Origin: Takakia lepidozioides
Lineage: Eukaryota; Plantae; Bryophyta
Reading direction: 5' to 3'
Length of the DNA stretch: 64,000 nucleotides
Assembly (NCBI GenBank): GCA_030704615.1
Contig: CM060733.1
Span: 33,170,001 to 33,234,000, forward strand
Position numbers and translations under genes: made by a program. Under the pieces are notes generated by a model, which saw nothing but the letters and a program-made list of their open reading frames with translations, was not told the DNA's origin and did no database searches. This document shows, piece after piece, positions 51,880 to 64,000 of this stretch (positions within the stretch are counted from its first letter, which is position 1; each line of letters begins with the position of its first letter).

Positions 51880-52830
51880 AAGCTGATAATCCAGGTCAAG
51901 CAATTGAGATCCATTGCTTGCCCCAACATCTGACGACGTGATGCCTCAGAAAGAGACAGCACCGCCGTGGTATCAGTGATAAAAACACATTGCCCGCTCA
52001 CGCTCGTCAGCATTAGGCTCCACTAACTGCTGCAACTATGCATCCCACAGGAGGCCAGGTCCGCTATCCCGGAAAGCATATGATCCTGGGAAGCTGAGCA
52101 GTGTAGGTAATGCTGCTCGTGGTTGACCCACCTTGTTGACCACTGCCAAAGGCGAACGGTCATCGTGTCTCACACGCTGAGACTGCTTTCCTGTGTCCGA
52201 AATGCTATCCACTATGAGGTGTGCTGGCCGCTGCACCCCATCAAATGCACGCTTGAGCAGTGCGGGTGGCATCAAGTTGGTCCACCATAGCCATGGACGA
52301 TGAGCCCGTGATCCCACTGTAGCTGCATCTAGCAATACTGTTGACCCAAGCCACGACCGGACTTGATGCACACTGGCCATCACCCTAGCCCGAGAATCGC
52401 CCATCAGTGACATATTCTCCAAGATATATGCTGGAGATACAGCTTGATGAAGCTGCAAGTGGCGCAAAACTCGCACCATCTCCCAAAACAGACCCGACCT
52501 CGAGTCTCGCAATCCATTGCCATGCCCGACTGATTAATGCCCTTGGCAGGGCCAACCTGCCACTATTAGATCAATGGAGCCAACCCACTCCAAATCTTGC
52601 GCCCCCAGCAACGAAATGTCTGCTGGCAAAGCCTGCTGAGATCCACGAACTGAGACACCGGCAACAACTTAGGGTACTGCTACACCAACTGAACAACATG
52701 ACAAAGTGAAATGTGTCGTGCAGTCTCATCCCTCTCCACATACAAGTAACGCCAAACTCGTACACCTACCTATAACACAGCAGCCAATCCGGTGTTGATC
52801 CCGCCAAACAAGTCCAGAAGACAAATGTCT
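51880..52830 (-). pseudogene. C5 cytosine DNA methyltransferase domain inside pol (stops and frameshifts)
   Basis: Motif I LLDLFGGINTG (~52790-52820), II YLYVE, IV IDLIVAGWPCQG (PCQ 52551-52543), RSGLFWE, VI YILENM, VIII SRAHRPWLWWTNL, IX ERERAM.F, X RRQMLGQAM. Confidence 0.9.
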
Positions 52831-53229
52831 TCATCCGGATACTGCCACACAATAGGTGTGGTGTCCAATAGAGACAATTGAGGTAGTTCTGGTGCAATCC
52901 CCGCTCTCTCCTCCTCTCCTAATGGTACAAAAGCCTCTACCCAGGCTTGTTGCACCCGTCGATCAACAACCTGCTGCAAATCCTTGCTCGTGCCCCACAA
53001 TGGAGTCTGAGCAATCATGGCAGGCAACTCCGCCATACCATGCATGTCATCCTGCTCTCCCGGAGGTGACACATCCTCTGAGTGTTGCCCTCAAACAACT
53101 CTCCAGGCCAACTCACTACAGCTGTGAATGCTGCGAGTGTTGGCATTTTGCCTCGCTGGGCAACCGCAACTCTTCCTATGAATGTCACAGGGAGCTGCAC
53201 ACGCCAGCCCTCCTCTGAGTGCAATCCAG

Positions 53230-53600
53230 GCCTATAAGAAGCTGACTCTTCCCAAAAATCTAGGGTGAAGCCCATGGGGTACAACACTGCCCCACCAACC
53301 AGGACATCGTACGAGACCGCGTCTGTCACAATGGCCTTGGCTCGCATTACTGAGCCATCTGTAGGGTGATCCGGCCGTAGTCTGATAGCCAACTCACGTC
53401 GTGTCATGCCTCAAGCCTGCTCCGATCCTCCCAGAGACGTCTGTATTTGGAAAGGACAAGGCTCCATATCCGCCTCCGTGAGGCCCAAGCCTGCAATAGC
53501 AGCTTTGCCCATCATCAATGGCTGAGCTCTCGAGTCCAACAAGACCCGCAGTGGCCGGTACCTCTTGCCTACCGGTCCACTCAAACAGAAAATGTCATCC
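53230..53600 (-). other. Retropepsin-type aspartic protease
   Basis: VLLDSRAQ (DSG>DSR) ... YDVLVG. Confidence 0.75.
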
Positions 53601-54429
53601 TGATTGTCTAACATGACAACTCTAGGTGTCACCATGGCGCGCTCAATGGCTGGCCTAGCTGGCAGCTCCATCAACCTGGCAGCTGCAGCTTGTCATGGCG
53701 CCGCCGTGGCAGTCTTGACCCTCAAATCCGAGGATCCCTCTGGCACTACACCTCCCACTATCTCCGCAGAAGATGAAGTAACCTCCCCACTCTCACAGAG
53801 TGTAGCTGCCAGCCTGAACACCTCAGCTGGTCTTACCCCCGGCGTCGCAATCATGGTAGCCGAGAACAATGGAGCCTGACACACAGATGTGGCCGCTCCC
53901 AGCAGCACACTAGCTGCCGTAGCCTTGGCAACACTAGGTAGTGGTGCTACCCGTGTAGCTCTCCCCAATGGCATAGTAACCTCCGCCTCAGTAACAGTCG
54001 GGCGAAAACTAGGTGCCATGGATGGCGTCGACACTGTCTCCGCCAATGTGAATGACTGAGGAAGCCTAGCTTGACGGCTTGCTTCCCCACGCTGTGGATC
54101 CAACTCCACCTCTGCACCTCGTGGCTCAAGATTTCGTGCTGCTCCTCGAGTCACGGCTGTAGCAGACTCCACCTGCACTAGTGGTAGTGCTACTCCGCAC
54201 ATGAATCCCATGCCTCCCATATCTCTTCCCTCATGAGCAGGAGGTGGACCATCCGGCCTTGGAGCCGGTACCACCTGAGCTGTAGCCATGGCAGCGAGCC
54301 TCTGCTCTAGCTACTGAAGCCGGTTGGCCATGCCTTGGTCAACACCCTGACCTCCGCGTCCTTGGCCATGTTGAGCTTGCCCTTGGCCTGCACCTCGTGC
54401 GTGGCCACCTCGTCCTCTCTGGGCTGCTC

Positions 54430-55565
54430 CACCTCACCCCCGGCCACCATTGTTCCCTTGGAATTGGCCTGGGCGCAACTCAGGATGCAAACCATAACAC
54501 TGGGCATCTCCATGCCCGCGCTTGCCACAATGCCCACACTGCAACTGTGCAGGCTGTGCATGTGCCGACCTTTTGCCTCCCTCTGGGCAATCTTTCTTGA
54601 CATGACATCCTCCACATGTCCAACACACCACCTTTGCCCGTTGTTGGCTTGCAAATGAAGGGAGAGACCCCTGCATCTGAGGTCCTCTCTGTCCTTCCCT
54701 GGGCTTCACCTGGGCCCTCTTGTTGCCTTGAGCACGTTGAGGTAGTGGTTAGCTAGGAGCACCACTACCCCGTGGTGTCTCCTTAGCAAATCCCACCATG
54801 ACCACTCGTTCCTCCACCATGTTGAGCTCTATCCGCTCTGCCAGCAAAAACACATTTGCTAAAGTGGGTTCGGCCGCTTGTAGGAGAATTGCATCCCGCA
54901 CCCTTCTCCTCAGCTCCTTGTCCAATATCCCATACCAGAATTAGACTGTCTGAGCTTCCGTAACCCCTTGGGTTACATTTATCAAGCACCTCATGCAAGT
55001 GAAAGCCTCCCTCAAGCTCTCAGTAGGCTTTTGTTGGAACTCTTGCAAGCTCCGCAACTTCTCTGTCCTCACCCCCTTGATAGTTCCCTCTCAACTCTTC
55101 GAAGAACTCCACAACAGGGTTGAAGGCAGGCACGGGTACTGGTGCTGGTGCGGTAGTGGTTTGGGTGGACGTCGTAGCTACGGTGCCACCAGTCCCACTA
55201 GTCCCACTGCTGTTTGCTGAAGCTGTCGGTCCAGCGGCAGGTGTAGCCACTGCCCTCGTGGCTCTAGTGCCCCTAGTGATGGAGACATAGTCGGGTGACC
55301 AGTACATCCTCCAACTCCTCGATCTCAACCTCATGCCCCTGCCTGAACTCATGGTAATCATCCATAGGCGGCCCCTCAAGGTGCTGAAACAACCCCTTCC
55401 ATGCCATGAAAGGCGTAAATAGTTGTGGATTGCGCATTTGCTGCAAATCACACCAACTATCAAACACTTGGATAAAATCATCCAACTCGATGGTGCCCAC
55501 CGCCCCAGAGTACCTTCGTGGCCCCTTGGTAGCTCCATACATCTCTTGCATTGTGTCCCACAACA
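54430..55565 (-). other. Gag with two zinc knuckles
   Basis: PRRYSG...DDFI..FDSWC; CWTCGGCHVKKDC and CGHCGKRGHGDAQC. Confidence 0.8.
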
Positions 55566-56459
55566 ATGGCAAGGAAACAACTTGCACCGCCGGTGTGAGT
55601 CCTCCTGATTCACAATCCGAATCAGAACCTTCCATAGGAAGACACAGGAGGTGAAGGTGGCCTAAACCGCACACCTCGTCTCGTGTATCCACTAGTATCG
55701 CTAGTGCTCGAACCGGCACTGTCCCCAGCAACTAGTGGCACCTCCGTGTTGACAAACTATCACTCAACCGGTCATGAACATGTCCATAACCCCCTCTCCA
55801 CAAAGTAATCGGGTAGAGAACCTGTTGCGGCTTATGGTTTGGAATACTAGGTTCCTAACATAGCCTACACCTGCACCTGCATCCACCGCAAACACTTCTA
55901 TGGTTGGCTGGTCATCACCTCCAACCTCACCATAAGAGAAACAATGATGGTCTGACTGGTCATCACCCCAGCCTCACCATCGACAGCATGCTCTAGGACT
56001 GGCCGGTGATCAAACCCGGACCAATCACCTATAAAAACAAGCGCCCACACAAAACTAACATGGCGCACAGTCAAGCATGCAGGTATGGAGGGGATTCAAA
56101 CACAAGAAATCAGAACGACAACTCCCCCACACCAAAAACAAGTCCACGGTGTTGCTCCTGCAAGGACACCCCAGCCCAAACCCGGACTGACTCTTGCCTC
56201 CACCTACGGAAAGTTCTTGGCCTAATGAGAGGGTGGAAAACTACGAAGAAGAGAAGCTAAAGCAATGCCTAACCCCAGCATGCCCTCATCCCAACACTCT
56301 TCCTCTCCTCTCTTCCCTCACTTGCATGACCATGCGAATATCATGAAGATACTCCTCAAACCGCCCTCCACGAGCGTCAAAATTCGGCCTTCAAGACCAC
56401 ATGCCAGTCCTTAGGCAGTCCACCAGTGCCTCCACGAGTTAGCACAGGCCGTCCACAGG

Positions 56460-56800
56460 TCAACTCGGGCCACCACAGATCAGCACAGGCCCACACGGAT
56501 CACAGGCCACAGCCCATCACAGCCCCAAAGGCCACAGGTCACAGCCTGTCACAACTTGTCACAGGTCACAGGATCACAGCCCCACAGGCCACAGCCTGTC
56601 ACAGCCCATCACAACCTGTCACAGCCCCAAAGGCCACAACCTGTCACAGCCCATCACAGCCCCACAGGCCACAGGGCACAGCCCATTACAGCCTGTCACA
56701 GCCCGTCATAGCCCCACAAGCCACAGGGCACAGCCTATCACAGCCCGCCACAGCCCATCACAGCCCCACAGGCCACATGGCATAGCCTGTCACAACCCCA
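56460..56800. repeat. CACAGCC/CACAGG minisatellite upstream of gag
   Basis: Direct sequence. Confidence 0.92.
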
Positions 56801-57269
56801 TCCATGGCCACTCATGGCAGTTTAGCCATTTCTCCAAGGGGTTTAGCCATGCCAAGCTAGGGTTTGTGTCTCTTGGGCTGTAGGCTTCTTTGCACCGAGC
56901 TATGGCGGCTGTGAGGAAATCAACAAGGTATCTTGCTCTTTATGGCCCCCACGCACCACCAATAGTAGCTCTAATTCCAAAGGAAGATGTTTGCAACCGA
57001 AACTAAGTGCACAAGCTTCATTTTAACTCACTAAACAGCGCCATTGATCCCTATGGCGACTAACCAAACATGGCTAACTTCCAGCCCTTGTAGGCACTCA
57101 TTCACGTGCTTTTCTTGACCATAGCATGCCTTTCACACCTAATCCAGCCCCTGCTCCTGCTGCTTCAAGAGTGTGCTCCCTTCAAGCTTGAAGTTGAAAC
57201 CCCAACTCACATAGGCCCTACAAGTGTTTTTATTTCACTCCAAGTGGAAACCAGCCCTAGCCCTTCCAT

Positions 57270-57665
57270 TCTAGCTCTCTAAAGCTTGAAAACAAGAGCC
57301 TCAATGGGCTGAAGGCATGCTCCACACATGCCCCACTCTCACCATAAGAGAATCAGCTCATTTGCTTCATTTCTTGCACCCACAAACCTGAAAATACAAG
57401 CTTCAGTGGGCTGAAAGCATGCTCCACACATGCCCTATAGGGGAACCAGCCCCTTCCTTCATTTCTTGCACTCCCAAAACCTGAAAGTACAAGCCTTCAA
57501 CAGGCTGAAAGCATGCTCCACACATGCATTGCTCTCATATAAGGGAAGTCAGCCATTCCCTCTTCCTTGCTTGCCCTCCAAGCTTGAAGATGGAAGCTTC
57601 AATGAGCTGAATACATGCTCCACACATGCAACCTCTTCACAGAAGAGATATCAGCCCCCTATCTT
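57270..57665. repeat. ~100-bp tandem repeat (4 copies; gctgaa.gcatgctccacacatgc)
   Basis: Core recurs at ~57308, 57410, 57504 and 57605. Confidence 0.88.
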
Positions 57666-58609
57666 GGCTCCTTGGCTCCTTGATGCTCTCTAAGACAAGA
57701 CTAAGCACTCCACAACCTTTGCCAAGCTCCTGAAACCCTAAGGCTTACATTTCCAGCCACAAGACACTCCTCTTGTGGTGCAAGAGCTCTTCTTCCAAGC
57801 TCTGAAACCCTAGGTGCACATTCCATGGCCTTGCCGCACCTCTTAGCTCCTGTTCCAGCCCTGCTCTTGCCATGACAAGAGCCCTCTCAATGCTAAAGCT
57901 CGAGATTGAAACCCAATCTCAACATACTCCACAAAGTGCACTGATTTGCCCCAAGCCAAAATCAGCCCTTTTGCTTGGTCTTGCAATCCTTCACACAATG
58001 AAAGCTCGCATTCCCAAGTCCAGTTGTCAGCTTTGCCACCAAAGCCACTCTAACCTGCTCTTGACTGGTCCTCTTTCCAATCGTGTTTGCTCATGCATGT
58101 ACACAATCTGAAACCATCAAGGTGCTCTGGAATTACCTGCAGCATGGTGCTTTCATTTCTGAAGCTGAAGATCGAATGCCAAGGTCTACTACCTCGTAAC
58201 CCACATCGCCTCCGCTTCTAACAACCTGGTTTCTCTCATTCTCAAGCAAAAACCACAAGTGCTACAACTAACTCGTATCTGGCACTCACAGATACGAGCT
58301 CATCTTTCTCGAGTGATAAAGAAGAGAATACAAGCACAAGCTCATGCGAACTCACAAAGCTGAAGCATAAACTCATGCATATATAAACTCATCACTCAAA
58401 TACAAGTCAAGCCAAGTGTGGGGAATCCACACTACGGCGCCATAGCTAGGCGCGGTGAGGCTCAACTCGAGAAAGATGAGCCTCCCGCACTTGCCGTGAA
58501 GATAACCACTCCATGGCCTAAATCTGCCTTGACCCCTGGATTGACACTTGGGCCAATCCCAAATGTCAATATGTAAAAGCTAGCTATTTCCTAGCTAGTT
58601 TCACACTAG

Positions 58610-61600
58610 TGGTGAACCATCTATATCAGAGATGATCTCTCGCGATATTCCATGCAATCTATAAATCTCATTCATGAAGAGTTTGGCAATATCTGAAGTG
58701 GCTGTCATTTTGGTGGGCACAAAATGTGCTTGTTTTGATAGTCTATCCACCACAACAAATATGTTATCATGGTTATGCCGTGTTTTAGGCAAAGCCATAA
58801 TAAAATCCATGCTTATGGATTTCATCAATCAATCTGTTGTCACTGGTAAGACTTAAAAAATGAGAATTAAAGAATGCATCTGTTGCATAATGACCATTGA
58901 TCTTATCAATCAATGTGCTTCTGACAATCGATACAACCGCAATCAAAGGTCTTCTAAACAAAACAACATGTCAACAATCACATTTTCTTTATCCTTCACA
59001 TATTGAATTTGATATGTGAGTCTTGAAATAATTCCACCCAACGACGTTGTCGTCTGCGTAATTTTGGTTGGGTAGATAAATATTTGAAGCTCTCGTGATC
59101 TGTTTCAATCCTGAATTCAATAGGAAGCAAAGACCATAACCGTAGTGTTGAAGATCTGTTGAAATTAATACTACTCAAGCCTCTCGTTGTTGCAATGCTC
59201 CAAATTTTGAGAGCATGAAATATTACTGTCAGTAAATTTTTTTTATTGATAGGATAATTGATCATTACAGCTGGACTCAGCTTTCTGGAGTCATATGTAA
59301 TCACATGCCCCTCTTGCATTAAAACTGCACCAATAGTTAGATCACTAGCATCAGTATATAATACAATGTCTTTTATCATATGATTCAATAATCGCAAAAT
59401 TGGAGCATGTGTTAAAACATACTTCAATCTAGCAGAACCCTCATCATATTTTTCAGTCTATGAAAACATCACTGTGTTTTTCAACAAATCACTTAACGCA
59501 GCTGCAATTCATGTTTGTTTCAGCTGCGCAAATTTATCCTTCGATCCCTCCAAGAGCCGCATCACCTCAGTACATTTGCCATTTTCAAGAGCCTTAAACC
59601 ACGCCGAGTCTGGAGGTGCCTCCTTAAATTTGCTAGCCACTGCAAGCCCACTAATTCCACCATTGCCAGACATTGTTATCGAGAAATGATGAATTGAATT
59701 TAACAAACTTTCGCAAATAACTTGCTTGTCCAAGGAAGCTTCTTACCTCGATTTTGTTTTTTGATATAGATAAATCTTTGTCGACAAAATGACTTTGTTT
59801 TTTGTTCGTCTTTGAGCTATAACTCTTGAATTCGAAAGTCCATTTGAGCCAATCTCTAGTCCTCCATGTGATCATCATCTCCCCTCTTGTAGGTCATTAG
59901 AAATGATCCATCTCGAGGACTAGGGTTATCGAAATTCTCCATCCTCTTTGTCTCGTAGGGAGACAGACTTCGTTGATCCCTAAGTCGACAAGAACCTAGT
60001 ACTTCTCCCTACGCTGGGGAGCAGATGAGAAGATCAACCCTCCCCTAGACATCTACCCACCAACAAGCTCCCATAATGCCATGAGCTGCGTCTACGCTTT
60101 TATTAGGAAACAATTTTATTGAGATCCTTTGAAAAACCAGCATATGTGTCGTGTACTCAGCTCATGAATGTGATCCAAACAATATGACAGGCTTGCCCAC
60201 GAAGATCAGTGGATCAACTCTCTCAAAGCCACAAAGCCACAAAACACATGAAGTTGAAATAAACGCAGAGAGGAGAGAGGATGTCTCAGGTGAAAGGTGA
60301 GAAGATCTTCTGTTGTTGCCAAGTCTAATATTTGTGGAAAGCTGGTTTAGTGAAACATTCAGGGATCTATTTAATAAATAGGTCATTGCAACCTACAAGA
60401 ACCTGAGAGTAAAATGAGAAACAACTGATGTTGTCTTAAAATATCCAGCACAATTCTTAGATATTGCTCATGTCATCTTCAGTATTTGAAAAGACAATAA
60501 TAACAGAAAACACAAATCACAGGGTGTGAAGGAGCGTGTCTTGTGGTTGAGTAGACTCGGTGTGTTAACAACGAATGTACTTCTCAGCAAGGTGAGATTT
60601 TACACCCCCCCCCCTCCCCCCCCCTCCCCCCCCCCAACACATCCGATATTGTATCGGATAGGGGTACTCGGAGTCTCAATACCATTATCAGATACATGTA
60701 AAAACCATTATACTTCATTATAATACTTACGCTGGATACTGGGCAGGGTGTTGCGATGTCATCGATAAACAACAATACCATCTTACCACAATATTTTCTA
60801 AACAGAGAATTCATCAAATGTATAAAAGTGGCACGAGCATTTGTAAGTCCAAATGCATCACCAAGAATTTGTAATGTCCAAAACGAATTCAAAACCCAGT
60901 TTTAGTTAATATGTCCGATTCTTTGACGCGAATATGATGATACATTTTAAGATCTAGTTTAGAAGAAACCTTGCTCCCATACATATGATCATACAATCGT
61001 CGATACGGGGGAAATGATATTTGTTCTGGATAGTTACCAAAATCAAGAATCTATAATCCACACAAGACACAATCCTCCATCCTTCTTGTCAGTGAACAAT
61101 ATAACAGGAGCACCCCATGATGATTTACTAAGGTATATATATCATTTTCCAACAAGTTACTCAATTGCTTTTATAACATGATCTACCTCACGTTCCGGGA
61201 GTAATGTTGTAATATCCTTTGAAAATATGTCTTTGTAATCCTTTAATAGTAATGCATCAATACAAGAAGACCTACGATTCGTTCGTCCATCATCTAGATC
61301 ATTTTGCCGAAGCTCATGAATACTAACAACAAAATCTGATTTTTTCCCTTTCTCATACAACGTTTTAATTGTTTTCCTGCATTAAGCAAATGAGAAAAAA
61401 GAAGGACATAACTATAGTTGATCTCAGATGCAATCGTAGCGAGCTCCACCCCAAATTTCAAAAATGACTTACGTTTGAATTCTTTGGATTGTCATGGCAA
61501 TATCAGCCAATATCAGGTATTCCAAAATTTGTTGTCAGAAAAGGCCATGAGAGCTAACCCTGCAGAAGTAGCAGTGAAAACTAAGTTAGTTATTTTCCGG

Positions 61601-62500
61601 AAGAGTTACTCCAAGAAGGCATATTCGAAGAGCAAACGGTGGACTAATATAGGTAAGGCAGAAACTCAAACTCCTATATTTACTTATAAGGAGCAACATG
61701 ATCATATGAAAGAGGTTCGTGTTTCAAATGTCACGAGCATGGCCATCGAATGCTCGAAGAATTCCGTCATACAGCTGCGGTTGAGGTAATAGAATCAAGA
61801 CCTTCAAATCCTACAACAGAAACTGGGGAAATTTCAAACATCGGATGGAGCTAAGGGGGAAGCTCCAGGGAGGGAACTTTCATCTGATGACCGTTGTGTG
61901 ACGCATGGAACTCTCCGAGCATTTTGATGAACGATGTCCATGCTCATGGGATTTGAAACACAAACCTCTTCTCATATATGTTGCTTCTTATAAGCCAAAT
62001 TAGGAGTTTGAGTTTTTGCCTTAGCTGTATTAGTCCACCATTTGCTCTTCTTCCAATTTGTCTTCTTGGAGTAACTATATTCCATCTTTCAGTCTTGAAG
62101 ATATTGTTGTTCTCTGAAACTCCTCCTTATATAGGCAGTCCAACTCTTCTTTCAGTGCAACATGCAAGTACCCATAAATACCCAAATATATCAATTTGAT
62201 AAAAGGGTTCAATGGTAGGTTGACACCTCTCCTTCCATCTATGTCAATACCAATATTGAATCCTTGTTGAATATATCATTCTTCTAAACGCTTTACCAAT
62301 TAATATAATTGGCTTTATCAATCCACAAGACATAATAAGCCTTGCCCGATATATCATTGGTTATATCAATCCATGGTCAATCTAAGCATCACTCACATTG
62401 GATAAAGCACTAAATCAACCGCGATTCATCTTTAGCACTGCTAAGTTAATATCCTGGTCTAAAACCATTATGTCCAAGAGGTGGAGATAGAGGTACCTAA
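58610..62500 (-). mobile_element. 5' part of the decayed host Ty3/Gypsy (RT, RNase H, integrase N-half) with further internal insertions
   Basis: LPEREVDHVI, FGLTNA.ATF..LMN, FIDDI, VRSFLG.ASY.RKFVK, LYTDASD..IGAVLMQ, ISMDFIMALP; gagatagaggtacct shared by ~47185 and ~62484 (possible LTR ends). Confidence 0.8.
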
Positions 62501-63181
62501 TAGCTACTCTCTCCTAGTGCTTGCTAGGCAACGACATATAGGGGTCTAAGTATGCAAGCAATATACCATATGGCACAACAAGGCCATATCTAAACTACGT
62601 TCAAAGTAGAAGCTGGGCTTAGTCCCATACATACTTACAGACATAATATTAGAAGTTACTTGTCTTGTTTATACTAAATGTTCTTTTAGCTGTCCAAGAA
62701 AACGTTATGACTTCAATAAATTTTGTTTTATTTTATTTCTTGTTTCTTAAAACATGAAAGACTTGCTACCTCCCTCTTACCCAAAACCAAAGGGGGGGCG
62801 GTGCCTCTGAAAATTGAAATAAAGTTTGAAAATAAAACTTAAATCAGTTGTAACTTGTAGCAGTTCATTATGCTACTTTATATTGTTGAAGCCAAAATCA
62901 AAGTTTGTCATGACGACTTGCATGGACTCAATTTCTAAGCATACCTCTAGGTCTTATAAGACTCATAACCCTAAAGACATCACTAACTAAGTTTTAACTT
63001 CCATTGTTTAAGCTGCTTCTTTATGCGCGACCACTGCTAGTTACCAAGCATTCATGGTCTTAAAAGAAGCTAATGTTGTTAGGGGGAGGGACATGAAGCT
63101 TGCCTATATAACTTATAGCTAACTTTAGGAACCGTTCACGAAGCAAACACCATTATCACGAGCCTTGAGCTAGCTACCTAG

Positions 63182-63863
63182 CTAGAACAAACCTAAAACG
63201 GCGATTGGCTCTCTTGCTTTGGCAAAACATGAGAGGAAGGTGAGAGAGGGGCATGACTCAGCACAACACACCAATCGGTGCCTTGACACGGTGTAAGGTC
63301 CTTTGACCACATTTTCTCCATTGACTTCAATATGATGCAAAGTCTCTCTCTGCAAGAGAGCCAACAAACATTTTTGATGCATGCCTCACTTTTGCACAGC
63401 TGTGCATGTGTTCATATGCAGTAGCTTAGCTTGGTGGTGATGGATCAACTACTATGATTTCCTTCGCCTTTGTCGAGGGTATCAGGTCCATCATGACCTT
63501 ATAAATACAATCCTCCTCTATGGGGATATTGTAACCCCACTCAACGTATTGACCTTCGTATGATCGAGAACCGATAGTCTTGTAAGTTCTCAATATAAGT
63601 TTGTCTACAAAACCAAGAAGAACGTGCAACACAATAGCTGCAGCTTGTATATCTTCATCTTGGGTATAAGCAAACTGTAGTTCTGCTAACTCCACAGTCA
63701 TGGTCCGTGTATGGCCCATCTCCTCATAGCACCAGCAGTTGTCCTGACCTCGATAGCTCTCAAGATTTGAGAGCACTTGTAATTGGAGGTCTTGGCTATC
63801 CATGCCTTCAAGAAAGATCAAGCCTTTGTTCACCATTAGTGTTATACTGTAAGAATAGTCCAT
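63182..63863 (-). mobile_element. Possible L1-type ORF1 remnant
   Basis: Broken ORFs with a VVKGPYTV motif reminiscent of DUF4283; weak. Confidence 0.25.
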
Positions 63864-64000
63864 AAAGAGGCTTCACACAATATTCTGCGACAAGATGATG
63901 TGGATGCTGCAAGACCAGGCACAATATAAAGGTTACTACACTGAAGCTGGTTAGATCTAGCTGAGAGCAGAAGAAAACCCAGAGATAGATAGAGAAACAT

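Larger units (their letters stand above)
48100..58609 (-). mobile_element. Ty3/Gypsy retrotransposon insertion: gag - protease - C5 DNA methyltransferase - RT - RNase H - integrase - PHD; degenerate; nested in the host integrase
   Basis: All domains are on the - strand in pol order. Host integrase halves (..IISD.D / HFWRSL..) flank the insert. No paired LTRs were seen. Confidence 0.88.

Noticed and set aside
51880-52830. Host DRM/DNMT3/CMT gene, or a DIRS-type adenine methylase
   Set aside because: Intronless, non-permuted, with no UBA/BAH/chromo domains and embedded in pol; the motifs are C5 (PCQ) and the element has a DDE integrase, not a tyrosine recombinase.
56426-56785. 119-aa ORF or CRISPR-like array
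   Set aside because: Translation of a CACAGCC minisatellite; no unique spacers, and the context is eukaryotic.
1-64000. tRNA/rRNA genes
   Set aside because: None recognisable by eye; tRNAscan-SE or Infernal would be needed to exclude them.

Overview
Eukaryotic nuclear DNA from a land plant, most plausibly a non-seed plant (inferred from the PLS-DYW PPR genes and the TE repertoire; not provable here). Intact spliced host genes reconstructed by hand: a URI/RMP-type prefoldin (-, runs off the left edge), a PLS-DYW PPR editing factor with an N-terminal OSB-type PDF motif (-), a secreted A1 aspartic protease (-), RIO1 kinase (13 exons, -) and a TMEM14/FAX protein (+, head-to-head with RIO1). A second PDF-PPR copy is a pseudogene: frameshifted, DYW lost, internally inverted and fused to a DNA-level duplicate of the RIO1 3' end. 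Most of the rest is degenerate TEs: an APE-RT LINE family linked to (CT)n microsatellites, MULE/CACTA fragments with a NIF-phosphatase remnant, nested TA- and TTAA-flanked MITEs, and a decayed chromodomain Ty3/Gypsy. The main discovery is a second Ty3/Gypsy element nested in that one (~48.1-58.6 kb, -). Its pol reads protease - C5 cytosine DNA methyltransferase (motifs I, IV PCQ, VI, VIII, IX, X) - RT - RNase H - integrase - PHD finger, so the retrotransposon carries its own chromatin writer and reader. All calls come from manual motif and splice-site reading; no database searches were run, and TE boundaries are approximate.
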